DNA from: Anthoceros angustus
Taxonomy: Eukaryota; Plantae; Anthocerotophyta
Assembly (NCBI GenBank): GCA_010909165.1
Contig: MU008165.1
Span: 868,001 to 932,000, forward strand
Reading direction: 5' to 3'
Length of the DNA: 64,000 nt
Below, one piece after another: positions 38,815 through 52,347 of this stretch. The position numbers were made by a program, and so were the translations under genes. The first letter of the stretch is position 1; each line of letters starts with the position of its first letter. The notes under the pieces are model-generated. The model was not told the origin of the DNA, searched no databases, and saw nothing but the letters and a program-made list of their open reading frames with translations.

Positions 38815-41800
38815 CACTACTACAATGCATTAGGATTTGTATATTTAGAAATGGCGTCAACGATTTCCGTAAATCCGACATATCTGACACAAGCGGTAGT
38901 CGAGCGATTGATGCAGTAGGGATGAGTAATATGGCAGCGTCATTTTCGGCTGGTGCGGTCACATGTCCACTTGTGGGTGGTTTTGCCACCTTCCTTATGC
39001 GGCTAGTGCATTGAGCAACCTCACTCGCTTGTGCTCGGACATGCACGGACCAAGAGCGACACAGGTTTTTCCCAAATGTCATTTCCAAAGCGAGGCCTGG
39101 ATCTCGAGTGGAGCATGCATGAACCCCGGCTTGGGATGTACACGGAGGGACCATGCCGATCGCGATGAAGGGTTCACTTGTGGTCCGTGCATTCTCAAGC
39201 GTGAAAGCGATTGGACCATAGACATAGTCTCGGGTCTCGCGGGAGGTGAAGTGGCAACACTTTGTGCACTTCCCCTCAATAGGCGCGCGATTGAGTCTCA
39301 ATCACAGACTCCACAGGCTGTTGAACAAAATGCGGCCAGAATGACGATCGGAGTCCTTCAAAAGCGAACAACGGTCCGCAGGTTGGGCGCAACATCGATC
39401 TGGCAAAACAATCCGCTGATGCGGGCGGCAACAAGTTTGTGAGTTCGCGATTCTGCGAGGTCAGTTACGCGATTACTAATCCAACTCAATCAATGGGGCC
39501 ATGACAATGACTTGCTGCCGGCCCGGCGAGGCTGAAATTTGAAAGCATCGACTTGCCACAATGGCCCCCTTCCTCCCTCAATGCAATGGCAAGCGGACGA
39601 TCAAATTACGCCCCAAGCGAGCAGCTCCTTCTTCGTTGAATCGGAACTGGGTAGCACACCATATGCTTTCATATTGTAAACAAAGGCGGGCGCATTGCGT
39701 GGCCAGCGGATACATGATTGTCGAGATCCTTCTTCAATATTGAAATGTCCCCAACTTGCGGCAAGTTGCATATAGAACATCATCGGCCTCTCCGGTCTGT
39801 CCACAGGCTCGGCGTCTATCCCAAGGAGGCCCCATCATAAACTTGCACCGCCCATGTGAGTCGCGATGTACCTCGGTGCATATCGATTTCAACTCGGTCA
39901 GATCATCACCTCAGGTGCCCAGGGAGGTGGTCCCGATGTCCGCTCAAAAGCCGGTTCCGCTCTACAGAGAATGTCAAACTTGCTCCCAAGCGGTAAGGAC
40001 AAAGAAAGGCGAGTTGCGGTGTGCCTACCTCAACCTGGCCCGACAAATGCAGCGAGTCACGGTCCGCATTTCTTCAATGATATCGACGATGTAAGCACCC
40101 GGCTCTTGCGCGGGCCGGCATTGCATAGCCCAGCGTGCGGCACATACCACCAATTCGAGCGTCGGTGATGCATCTCACGGCGAAGTGGCGAGGCGGCGTC
40201 GTCCCGCCGAGCAATTACAAACTCCGTTCTAGGCCACTCAACATAGTCGCCTCACCTGGAGCACCCAATGACCATGCCGGGGTCCAAATTGCGGGGGTCC
40301 ACATCGACCGATATGCTTTGGCACACACATAATCCCGCAAGGGAGGTGCAGTGAATGCTCCGACTCGAGATAGGCTCGGTCCATGCGCAACAAGCTTCCT
40401 CTTCGTGCCACAGTCTCGCCACTTCAATTGTACAGTGTTTCTTGGTGTGAGCGCCCTCATGCAGTGAACCTCCCGGATGCAGACGGGAGCGAGGTTGGGC
40501 GGATCGGCGGCTCATCACCATCTCTCGTGGGCGACACGGCCAATTCATGCCTTGATTGCCAAGCTTGCCCCTCACTCATCACGGTGCCATTCCAAACCAC
40601 GAATCACGATGACAGAGATGATCGAAGGGCCTATCGCCAAGAAGGAGCAGATGGGGATTGGGCGGGAGCTTTCGCATTGGGGCGTGGGTCCTATGTACTC
40701 GGACACTAACTCGAGGCGTAAACCATGTCGGCGGGGTAGGAAGAAGCCGGTTCCACACACTGCGTAATCTACCGTCGATTGCGAAGATCGGTTTCGATGT
40801 GACCATTCACACTTGGGCGTAAGGACTAGGGAAGACATCCACGCTATCGCCACATCGGCTACCGTGCCACACATCACTCAAACATTTCGGTCCAGTTGCA
40901 CCTTGACAAAGTGCGCTTGAAATGGTAAGGCCGGCGAGGAATCGACAAATCCCAAAGATTCGATGTCCGTGTCGGTTGCCCTTCAACGCCTTTGTGCGAT
41001 TCGATATTGCGTTGAGGCATGCGACATCACAATCTCCACAGCATTGTACCATGGCGGTCCTCTCCATTTCAATCACCTCTAGATGACGTCGGTTCGTCAC
41101 ACGCAATTATGCGCCGAGAGCCTCGTTAGTGGTCACTTTCGCAGTCGCACCACGTCCGGCACTCAGCAGTGTCGCTGCAGTGCAAGCTTCGGAATGGTGA
41201 AGAGGCCCACGTTGACCCGGCGACAGGAAGATCGAGAAGATGACATCGCAAGGCGAAATGGATATTGCGGATGATGCTCATGAGCTGGAGGTAGAAGCTA
41301 TGCACAACCGTTCGGTCCTTGCGAGATGGCATGATGCCTTGCGTAAGAATCGGAGGCGTTATATGGCGTGCCACGAGTGACCAAAGCACCTTATCATCAA
41401 CCACGGCGCTCCTTCAAGTGCAAGAGTGTTACAATATCTCGAGACTACGCAATGTCCGAATTTTCAGTCATCGACATCTTTGTTGCCATCTCCAAACACT
41501 CTACGCAAGTCGGCAAGAGGCGAATAAACTATTGCTCCAAGTGTCACGATCACGTGTTCGGATCGCCTCTGTCCCAAAGGCGAGCATATCTTGGGGTGCA
41601 CATCAAGGCGCTAGTTTACGCCTTTCTTGCCTCACGCACCACGAGGTATTGGAAGGAGCTTGCGATTCGAGGAAAAGTTTTGGTACTTTCCATTAATTGG
41701 CTGGCGCATTTTGATGTCCCAAGCTACGGGACATGACATGGTGGGCTAGGAATCGCGAGGATGGGAAAATGAGGATCTTGGGGACACACCGGCACGAGAA

Positions 41801-44800
41801 CTTTGGACTCCGTTGGAGATTTTAGTGCGGATGACCGAAATGTGAGGCTTAGCATTTCCACCGATGGCATGAACCCTAGCAGACGGTCTAATTCCAAGTC
41901 TATCGGCGGTGATGCTTGTCATTGAGAATCTCCCACCACAGGTTTCGACAAAGAAACACCGCATTATCCTATCAACCATTATTCGGGGCCTGCCAAGTAC
42001 CAAATATGGACATCTACTGCGACCTCTAATCTCCTTGCGTGATTATGGGACGGTGTGCCTTGTGAGGATTTTTCCACAGGCGATGTACCGGATATTCAAT
42101 CTGCGGGCGGCATTGGTTGTGGCAACTTGCGACTACCCCGGATTGGGTTGCTGGCTTGCAAGTCTCAGGAAAATGCACATTGATTGTGGGCCCTAGGTGC
42201 AAGATGGTCTCAGAATTGGAGAAGTGCATCGAAGGTCGATGGTGCCCTTCTCCGAACGACCGCACGTAGGATGCATATTGAGGCATTCAACAATCGGGTT
42301 GAGCGGCGTCGGCCCGTACCCTAAATGGCGGATGTCATGGCGAGATGGAGTCATGAGCCTCGGCCGCCCATGGCGGGACCGCGGACATGGGCGATGAAGC
42401 GACACTCCCTCATTTTCGTTCATTGCCTTATCTCTACCCATAGTCATGGGCGCCTCGGCCGCCCATGAGCGGGCCCGACCAGACATGGGCGTTGCGACTC
42501 CCTCATTTCGTTCATTGCCTTATCTCACCATACCCATATGGGTCAAAGGCGTTATGCGTGGAGGCCAACAAGCGCAAAGCTATTTGGGGCACATTAAGTG
42601 GGTTAGGCGACACCATCCGCGGTTTGATATGGAAGAGGTAGTAAGCCATGGGTGTGGGTGGTTGAGGAGGAGAGATTCAACACCGCCATCGGCCCGTCGT
42701 CCTTTCACCACGGACTTCAGTAGTGAAGGATGAGATTTGCGACATGAAGCCGCCAACCGCCGGTGCAAATTTGAAAGGATGTTTTACCGGTCCCAAGGTT
42801 CGGCATGAAAAGTCACGATTGGCATTGTTTGATGCGTTACTACTTGCCCATAGCATTGCGAGGGAGGCTCCCACCAGGAGTTAAATGTCATCACCGATTG
42901 GCGGTTTATGAGATGGATATGTGGCAAAGAGATTTACATGTCCGATATCCGGCGAAAAAGGCGAGGTTATCGACATCTTCATCAAGCTAAGCGGTTCATG
43001 CCTTGACATTCGGAATGTTATGCAACACCTCATTATCCATCTTGTGGATGAAGTGGAAACACATGGCCCAGACACGCGGTGGATGTACCCGATGGGCGGT
43101 ACCTACTTGTGCTTAAGAAACATGTGGCACCAAACCCGAGGGTTCTATTGCAGCGGATGTCGGCCATGGAGGCTATGCACTATGCCTCGGGTTTATGGAT
43201 GGAAACAACCAAGGCCGAAGCACATGTGTCGAGGTAGTTCACAGTTTCGAGGAAGTAGACCACACCATCGGGCAAGGCAGAGTAAAGCTTGGGGTGGATG
43301 CTCAAGGCGTTTCTGGTATTTATTCTGATTCAAGTTTTATCGCCATTGAGGCGGAGCATGCATTACGACGACGGATGAGGACTTTCGACATGGTTGCGGG
43401 ATGGTGTGAGAAGGGGAAGTGGGCAATGGGTCCCATTCATTCGACATCCGTGCAGCGGCCTTCGGGCATGGGAAAAACAGAAGGCATATAGGGGCCGAAC
43501 ACGCGGTTATCACTTGAGCGTTGAGCCGATGAGAACAAAACTTATGACTTGGGTACATGGCGAATTTGACATGGTGGGCTCAATTGAGAAGGCGAATTCT
43601 TTGGAAGAATTATTGAGATCCGGGCGTAGAATGCGAGGAAGGCAATTTCAATTCATTGTCCTTAATGTGCATGCAGAATGCTCCTAACCAGGTTCCACAG
43701 TGGAGAGAGAGATTTTTGCGGGTTGGCGATCGACACGAGGCAGCCTCTTATGCCGCAATCACAAGATGGGGCCTTATACATTTCACGCACATGTCACGGT
43801 TTTCGCTCACGAGACGTCATGCCGAATCGTGAGCCACAGGTTGTGTGCACTGCATGCCGGTGGGATCGGTCTTCATTTGAGTCGGAGTAGTGCGATCTGC
43901 GATGGCATGTCACTGTTGCGTAACTGTCCCTCTCAAGAAGTACCATGCAAGAAGAAGGCCTATCCACGGACTTTATTTTGTGTAGGTACACAGATAGAAG
44001 GTAGCTACACTTGAGTTGTCCTCACGCTCGACGCCTAGTTCTTATGCTTCACCGCGGTGATTAATAAAGCAAGCATGCACGATGATATGCGATGCACGTG
44101 ATTGTCCATTGTCCGCGTTGAAGGTGGAGTCTACATTTCCATCTGCCTAATGAACGGAAGATGGGAGATGACCGCAAGGGGAGGGAGATGAATCACCCAA
44201 GGCTCGAGCACAGCGGCGGTCGCCTCCACCCAAGACGGTCGAGAGAAGCGTGCACGGGCTGCAGAGCTACGTCGGAGTTTAGAGGCCACTGTTACTCTCC
44301 TGCGGCCCGACTATGCTGCGACCAAACATGCGGATCTAAGCTCGTCGCCATGCATCGCGTGCGGCGCGTATCACCGTGGCGTTGTCGGCCATATGCGGAC
44401 AAGATGTCGATGGGTGCGGATCGACAACCCGGTCGTCATACCCGCCTATCACCATGCGGTACCGTCGCTCACGTGGCGGTGGTGGCGGAAAACCCACGAT
44501 GGGGTCGTGGCACGGTGGAGAGGAAGCAATGGGCTTGCGGAATGCAGGGCGTGTCAGAACCACGCCAGCGTGTCATCCCGATTAGTGTGCATGGAACGGC
44601 CGTGACGACCATAACCGGGCATTTGCGAATGGGGCATCGTTGGAGGGCGAGCAGGTAGCAGCGGCGGGCGCTACGAGGCAGCGTTGCGGAACCCGATACT
44701 TTCGAAACGTCTAGTACTTGCGTGCACGCATTTCGTGCTCAGACCCTACTCATGATCCTCCAATCTTGTTTCGCGGGGAAGAGTCTTGTGTTTTGGAAGG

Positions 44801-47229
44801 CGGGAGGAGAAGATGCCGTCGAGACATGAGGAGGAGTTGAAGGACTCCTAACTTGGGCGCAGAGTATGAAGGCAGTGAGGATGGTTCCCCTTACGAGGAG
44901 GCCTGACCGGGGTAGGTGGTGGGCGTGGGAGAGGAAGTCGGTGAGGAGGACCTAGAGGCCATCACTTGGAGGCGTTTTGAGGCTCGGAGGAAAAGTGCCC
45001 GAACCGAGCCTTGTGTGCAAGCTTTCTGAACATTATGCCAACTCTTACGGCGATGTCTTGAAGGCGTGATTAAGGTGCAGGAGTGACAAGTTCTTTTGGA
45101 GGCAACTTCAGGTAGGCGCCACCTTGTCAAGGCGCACATGCGGACGAGTGTGCAATTTTCGGCGTCCTCACCCGATCGACAAGTCGGGGTTCCACAAAAG
45201 GTTAATGAAATGGTTAGTCATTGTTGAAGCCATATCGGCATTCGATCTCGCCGTCTTTGAGATGGTGGATCTTTGTCTGAGAGGTCTTTCCACGGTCCTG
45301 TGATTTCATCCATCACAAGGTTGCATGCACTCGTACTTCCAAGTGAGAGTCAAGGTTCTGCGGTAAATGCGGAAAGGAGGGACCCATGATCGAGATTTGA
45401 GACTTGGGTCAGTGTAGGAGGCATGGACCAAAGTGCGTTGATTCGGAGTTCGAGGCGGACGCGGCAATGGTGTTTTGGCCTCGCCCTCAGCAGCCCGACA
45501 GCGGAGGCTCGGATGAAGAAGAGCGATGGTGGTGGGTGCAATCCATATGGCGGGGTGGCCACCGACCTCAAGGCCTTCAAGACCTTGGGGGTTCTTCCCA
45601 CAAAAGGTGAAGAGGCGGTGCGGCGTGTGTTGATGCCATCCAAGCTTATAGGGATCGCAATTGAAGACGCGGAAAACAATTTGGAGGCGTTTGTAGAACA
45701 CGTGCATTTCTAGCCATTTCAGTTCTTACAAGGGTTCTTCTCATTTCATGTGTGGATGACGCTCAACGGCAGGTGGTGGGTTCTCAGGTGACCCAAATCG
45801 TATTCGATCCGCATCCGAGCTTGGCCTGAGATGGCGGCCGAGGACGATGTGCCCATGTCGAACTGCGATGGTGAGCGCGGGAGGGCATTACAGGCCACAC
45901 CATCATTCACTTTGGCGGATAGTGAAAGCAGAGGATAACGACTCTTGCGAACTCGGTAATCCGGACTTGCGATAAATGCATGGACTCCGTTTACACTATC
46001 GTGAAACGAGTGAGGGTTTTCAGAGGACTAATCACCCCCATTTTTGATGTTGCGGGCCCAGGGCGACAGCAGTTATTCTAAGGTTAGTTTTGAGGTATTA
46101 GTGCGGTGAGTGAAAGAAAACCCAGCGGTGGATGCGGTGTCTTTGTTATAGGCTTGTATGACATAATGTTGTGGTGATTTTGGTGCTTATCGCAGCCAAA
46201 AGAAAGGCTCCCTAAAGCGAAGACTAGTCAATGGCCCCGACATCGAGTTGCTTGAGGAAGATAGAAGCAAGCGGAAGAAAACAAGGAGCCTCGATTTCCT
46301 CCTCTAGGTATGCGTCTGGAATGTGAGGCCGTTGGTTTGGAAGGTGGGGCACGACGCACCAAGTCGTCATGTGGCGAACATGGGGCTCATGATGTCGGTG
46401 CAATTAGGGGTAGCCCGTAAGTAAACTATAAATGGATGCGGATGAATTGTAAAAATTGCCACAAGCAACCTCGCGCGTTTGGCGTGGTTGGGAGTTGGCG
46501 ACCTAGACCGCCGTAATATGGTAACCATGGAGAGCAATTTTGTCAACCATGGTTAGCGTGTTTTAGTTATATTGTGGTGGTTTATGCTAACTCTTGATCA
46601 ACATCGTGGTTAGTTTGAATTGGCGAATTGATGGATAGTTGCATTTTCAAATTTAATCTTTGTGCTTTGGATTTTGCTCTCTCTACCTTCAATAGTAAAT
46701 TGGCATATCATGATTGCCAAGCGATTCTTGGCGTAACCGCAAATGGTCATGAGGGTCGGTCTGACAACATGTGGCCATACAGCCATGTGCGTCGCCTCGA
46801 AGATGGATATGCGGGCGACCCGCAGGGCGAGATCTTGACTCGCCGTTCGTCGAGCAGGTGCATTGCCGTCGATGGGACGGGGTTTGGAAAAGGCGGGACC
46901 CGTCTCCGTTACTGTCTGAGGCCCCGGTGGAATTGGCTTGGGGTTTTGATTCTGCTCATGGTTTGGTTAACTAGCAGGTTAAGGCCCGTCTAGTTAGTAG
47001 TGCGTGGGCGTCCCCAGAAACCCTCTAGCCCGAAGGGTTCTCCGGCTTGACCGCTTGTGGTGGACGCGTTATTTTTAAAGTATGGGAAGTTTGAGTGGCG
47101 TTATAAACAACGAAAAGGCAAGGTGGCCAGCGTTATAAACAACGAAAAGGCAAGGTGGCCAGCGTTATAAATCAACCCTCCACGTTGAGGCATCATTTTC
47201 GTCATAAATCACGATGCATTGTAGTAGTG
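38815..47229 (+). mobile_element. CACTA (En/Spm) DNA transposon
   Basis: Perfect 16-bp TIR CACTACTACAATGCAT / ATGCATTGTAGTAGTG; 3-bp TSD CAT (38812-38814, 47230-47232); 32-bp subterminal repeats at ~47098-47170. Confidence 0.97.
41200..43900 (+). CDS. CACTA TnpD/Tnp2-type transposase (frameshifted; ends approximate)
   Basis: RNVRLSISTDGMNP, MLVIENLPP, ATCDYPGLG, KSHDWHCLMRYYLPIALRG, HLIIHLVDEV..GP..RWMYP. Confidence 0.88.
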
Positions 47230-47839
47230 CATATTATTAACACAAAAGTGTTCATGAGGATATTGAACATATTTATATTGTGATGGAGCTATGTACCAAT
47301 GGTACACTAAAGGATGAACTAAAAAGGGGAGCTTATTGTGAAGAGGATGCAAAAATACTTATGTTTAACCTAATGGAGGCAATCAATTTTGCCACGATAA
47401 TGTTATGCATCGCGATTTGAAACCGGCTAATATACTATTACTTAGCCGTCTCAAAGTCATACTAGCGAGACTTTGGTTTGTCTTCCATGTCTCCAAAACG
47501 AACATGAATTATTGTGGGGCTGCGAGAACCCCATGTTACATGGCTCGGAGGTATTGGAGTCGGAAGACGATGTAAACATAAGCTATACTTCAAAAGCCGA
47601 TATTTGGAGCGCAGGAGTCATTTTGTATGAAGTTTTAACCGGAAATCGTCCTTATATAGGATATGAGTTCGACACAAAAAAAGAAGAATGGATAACTCAA
47701 TTGGACCTAGATGAGTGGCCCAACATGTCACACGAAGTGAAAGATCTACTACACTCAATGTTACATTTAGAACAAGAGTGTAGACCGGATCTGACAAGTT
47801 CTAAACCATTCTTGGTTTTGCTCGCTATCTTATATATGA
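47230..47839 (+). pseudogene. Kinase unit 8, 3' part
   Basis: Resumes CATATTATTAACAC exactly where it was interrupted; ORF 47473-47862. Confidence 0.92.
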
Positions 47840-49080
47840 AAGATAGTAATTTTATTATATAAGAACTTTTATTTGTATTATATATTTTTAATATAATGAT
47901 TTTTATTTTAACTTTTATTCATAATTTCATTAAACCACTCTTGATGCCTCTTTCTTGTGAGAAAGTCTTCAAGCCATGCTGCGATCATGAAATTGATGTA
48001 GTGTTGAGATTGGAGTATATCGCTATGTGTTTAGCCGTGAGTCTTTGTTTTGGTCATTGTCATAGCATGGCATAATAGCATCGGGACAATTTCTTCTTCT
48101 ATAGCTACGCATATTATAGTTACTAAATCGCATGTTAGAATCTTGACGGGTTCGCAAACAACACGCTAATATTTGAAGCGGCTCAATATACAAGAAGGGG
48201 CTTATAGGGTACATATACGGCGAAGGGGCTTCTCGATGGGCAGTGAAATGGGGTTTTGCACGTTATGGTAACGCCAATTTTTGGAAAAATAGGGTCTAAG
48301 ATACGACCCTAAGCGTATCCGGATGTGTTCTACTGTTCGGCGATGGTCATTGACTTCCATGGTCAAGTAGTTTTCCCAGAAATAATACCCATAATGAATG
48401 CCATTTGTACGGGTGATGGAAGGTAATATATGGATAAGTTTAGGGTATCAAATTTGAAACATAGGGAAGAGGGCCTCCCCGTGATTCGGAATACCATCCT
48501 TGAGGGTTTGCCATAGCTCCACTTCATTGAGCTTTATTGTGTCAAGGGGTGTGGGGAAGCTCGCAGTGCGGGCGAGGGGTAAGGGCGCCGGCATGCCGGC
48601 GCCCAACTCTTTAGTGTTCTTACGTACAAGCGTTCGAATCAAGGACAATGCCAACGCCTAATAACTAAACAGCGCACGGGTTTGGTTGAAACCCTTACTG
48701 GAAAATACTACGGCAGGCAAACGAGATTTGCATCCATGCAGATGGAGAAATTCAAGTTAAGAAATATAATAGATAGCTTATGTTCGAAGATAATAATGGC
48801 GCCGCATGTCGCCCATTGCCTATGCCACGATGATCAGATATGACCTTCACCGACTGACAATACCCCAATATGCCCACTATGTAAGAATCGTTACATGTGC
48901 ATACGCTAAAAACAATGCAAGTCCGGCATTGGAGTTCTTATTACGATCGGTTTATCACTCTTGCAGTCTAGACCTTCTCCATTTACCTCCTTCTCCTCGT
49001 TACAATCGTCATCGCTTTCATCTTGGGCATCGAGTGCATGGTTGCGAGATGGGGACGAAGGGCACTCGACTTCTCTCTAA

Positions 49081-52000
49081 TCACTTTCTTATCGATGCAT
49101 ATAGATGTTTCCTTGAGTTCAACTTGAACCCATAATAGACGATAACCGTTTTGCGAACGAAGATTGTCTGGATGTTTGGAGGTCTTGAGTTTTTTCCCCC
49201 TTTTCCTTTCGATGCTGGTGCTTGGTCGCCATTCGTTCTACAGACGTATTCTCCAACATACTTGCCCTCGTAAGCATCTGTGTGCTCTGTTCTCCACCAA
49301 TGCACACGTAAGAAAGGGTCTGCAGAGTTCAGGTGCACACTTACAACCTTTGCAACCCAAAATGCTCTATGAGTGTCTCCCTCGCAAGGAGTGACAATGA
49401 ACATGCCTTTCTGAATCTCCATGACATCCCCATTCATCCTTGCCACCTCCTCTTCGCGGCGTTGCAAGCTCTGGTGAGCTCCCAAATACATATCTCTCTG
49501 TGGTACTTCTCGGAGTAATGCTTCGTCAAGAATAGCCTCGTCGACGCAATGGGACACAAGTAGTCTCAAGTCCTCATACCATTTCCATTCTGCTCAAGAC
49601 TAGTCCAATGTTGTTGTCCACAATAGTTGCGATCTCACTCTGATCCTTCGAATTCAATCCACCACTCCTCTTCATCCGCATTCAAATATGTTGGCAGCTT
49701 GAGCAAGCCCTTCCGTAGGTAGTCTACGCCGCATGCGTGAGCCCACCTTCCCTTTTTGTCTTTTGCACGAAGGGCCATCAATGGTGCAGTCCAATAACCG
49801 GTTCGAACTGTTAAGAACTCCAAGCCATCTTGGTTTCCCACGTGGAGAAGTGGAAATCGCTTACTTTTATGATCAGAACTTTTCCGCTAATCTGTCTTCC
49901 CTTGTAATTTTGAATTGATGCTGGAACGAGAGGTTGTTCAACTGCTTAACCGCAGCTTTAAATTGGTGCCCCCTGGCTCCTTTCGCAACTGGCCACACAT
50001 ATGTTGAAGTCTGGCACTTCAGTGATAACCTTGACCTCTGGGTTTGGTGTGTATGCCGTTCTCAATATATCCTCCATAGCCGGGAGAGTACGAGCCTCCT
50101 TGTGCTTCAGATGCTTTGAAAAACATGAAAACATCTGATCCACTTGGTCATGCGTGTGTTCGACGAGAAGAAACCCCATCTTAACCTTTTTGAAAATCTG
50201 CAACTCTACTAGCATATTAAGTAAATAACAATTGATTCTTATTCTCCCCGCGTGTTGTCAAGCTGCAAATACAACACTGATGGAAGAAGCCCCTCGTAAG
50301 TGTGTATGACATCCTGTATGATCGAAATCGTCAGATTTGCGTCATTGTGAAGATTCGCATAGTGGAGATAAGCTCGGGCCTTGTGCGTATAATTATGGAT
50401 CATACAACCCACAACATGAACTGTGATCTTGTTGTCCTCCTTCAAGTCTTTAGGCCACCGTAATATGTGCGGGAGCGATGTTTTCTTCTGGTCCATGCCA
50501 TCAATTGATAATAATATGTATTTATGCGGCTCACTGTACCCTTTTGACCGATGCTTGACATTTTCTTCCTTTCGTTCATAAGACGGACTCTATGGGAGTC
50601 TAGTGCTTGGTAAACAAGGCCCACCACGGTAAGATTGATTAGAGCCAGCTTGGCGTACCATCGATTAATACGAACACTTTAGCGGCCAAAAGGGAACTAG
50701 AAATATGGAAGCCACTCCTGCAAAGACCCTTTGCTAGGAAGGCATACAACCTCATGCATGGGCGCCGGCATGCCGGCGCCCATGCGCCGTGTGGAAGGGC
50801 GCCGCCGGCATGGCTCGGCCATGCGCCGTGTGGAAGGGCCGGCATGCACGCCTACCGCGCGGGAAGGGGCGCCGGCATGCGCCGTGTGGAAGGGCGCCGG
50901 CATGCCGGCGTCCATGCGCCGTGTGGAAGGGCCGGCATGCGGCGCATGCCGGCGCGCGCCTCATGGAAAGGGGCCTTTGCGCGCCATGGAAGGGGCCGGC
51001 ATGCCGGCGTCCATGCGCCGTGTGGAAGGGCCGGCATGCGGCCATGCGCTCAGCGGCGCCGGCATGGCTCCCATGCGCTCAGCGGCGCCCACATGGCTGC
51101 GGCCATGCGCCGTGTGGAAGGGCCGGCATGCGGCGTCCATGCGCCGTGTGGAAGGGCCGGCATGCCGGCGCCGGCATGGCTCGGCCATGCCGGCGCCCGT
51201 ACACATTCCTCTATAACATGTACATGGCCGCTAAAGCAGTTCACACAAGCACATGCTACATGGACTGTGAAAGACAAACAGAAAACATAAACTTAAGAGT
51301 CCGACGTACCTTGCTCCAGTATTGCTTCTGTGTGTCGGATGTTATACTTCAGTCCAGCGCATAAGGAACATGTCGAGAACCTGTTTGACTTGGGAATTTT
51401 CACGCGCGGAAAATTCTGTTCCCATAACGAGGAAATGCATATGATATGTACATAAACTGTTTTGTCCATCCCCTTGTATTGTGACCAAACTTCATGTTTG
51501 GTAAAAGTATCAGGCAAGTTATAGACTTCAACATTCGGCAACCTCTCAGCGAGATGCAAGAAAGTCGCGTCCATCCACTCAATCGCACCAAGAGCGTGCG
51601 TGGATTTTTGACATGGGTTTGGCTTGTTCTCGTCCCAAGGAGCATTACTCAGGACTCTGGTCTTCAATTCTTCATACCTGGCAGACCCAATGCAATACAA
51701 GCGTCTGAAGGCTTTCAAACAGCATCTTATTGGTGCCCGGTGCATGAGAAATGTCTGCACCTTTCCCTTTGCACTAGCGCCTTTGTGCGGGCGAACAAGT
51801 GCCTCCAAGAACCTCTCCTGTTCTCCTCTTCCCAGATCCAAGAATCGTGACGCTCTTCTTGAAAGCGATTCTCTTGGCCTTAGGGAGGCATAGCCGGCAA
51901 GATGGTTTCCGGAATCTTCCACTGCATACGCCTCTTCCTCGGCGACACACCGGCTCTCCGCTTTTGCAACATACTTCCGGAGGGCACTGCTTGCATTGTC

Positions 52001-52347
52001 TCCGACAGTGGCTTTGGGTGAAACGTTGGTCTTGTACATGTAGCAAATCCTTCTCCTTCATTGTTATCCAGTGTTCCCGCTATTTCCCGTGATGAGTGAA
52101 GAGTCTGGAATACCTCGTCATCACCTCTGGCTTCACACTCAACTGCACATCTTCCGGCATTCCCCCGTGCGCGCGGTGAGCCGACTTCTGCTGAAGCAGA
52201 AGCACCCCCTTCACCCTGCCCATGAATGGTGAACAAGCCCCGTGCCGCGTGAGTTTTGCTTTCCAGCTGCCTATTGCGGCCTCCTGGTCGACCCCGCGGA
52301 CTTTTCTCCAATGCGCGATAGAGGTTCACGTTTCGAGTTCTTGGCAC
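49081..52347 (-). CDS. Sola-type DDD transposase, spliced (5' end uncertain)
   Basis: IDGMDQKK, LYLQLDNTRGE(NKN), FLLVEHTHDQVDQMFS and upstream FSTCSLC. Donor CAAG|GTACGT at 51309. Confidence 0.85.
50750..51200. repeat. GC-rich GGCATGC/GTGTGGAAGGG minisatellite in the transposase intron
   Basis: Repeated CATGCGCCGTGTGGAAGGGCCGGCATGC. Confidence 0.9.

Noticed and set aside
40250-41100. SET-domain-like words on the minus strand (GTGFF...ELVSEYIG, GNQGMNWPC, CDVACLN)
   Set aside because: They are spread over different frames, lack NHSC and ELxxDY, and have imperfect spacing. Not callable without a profile search.
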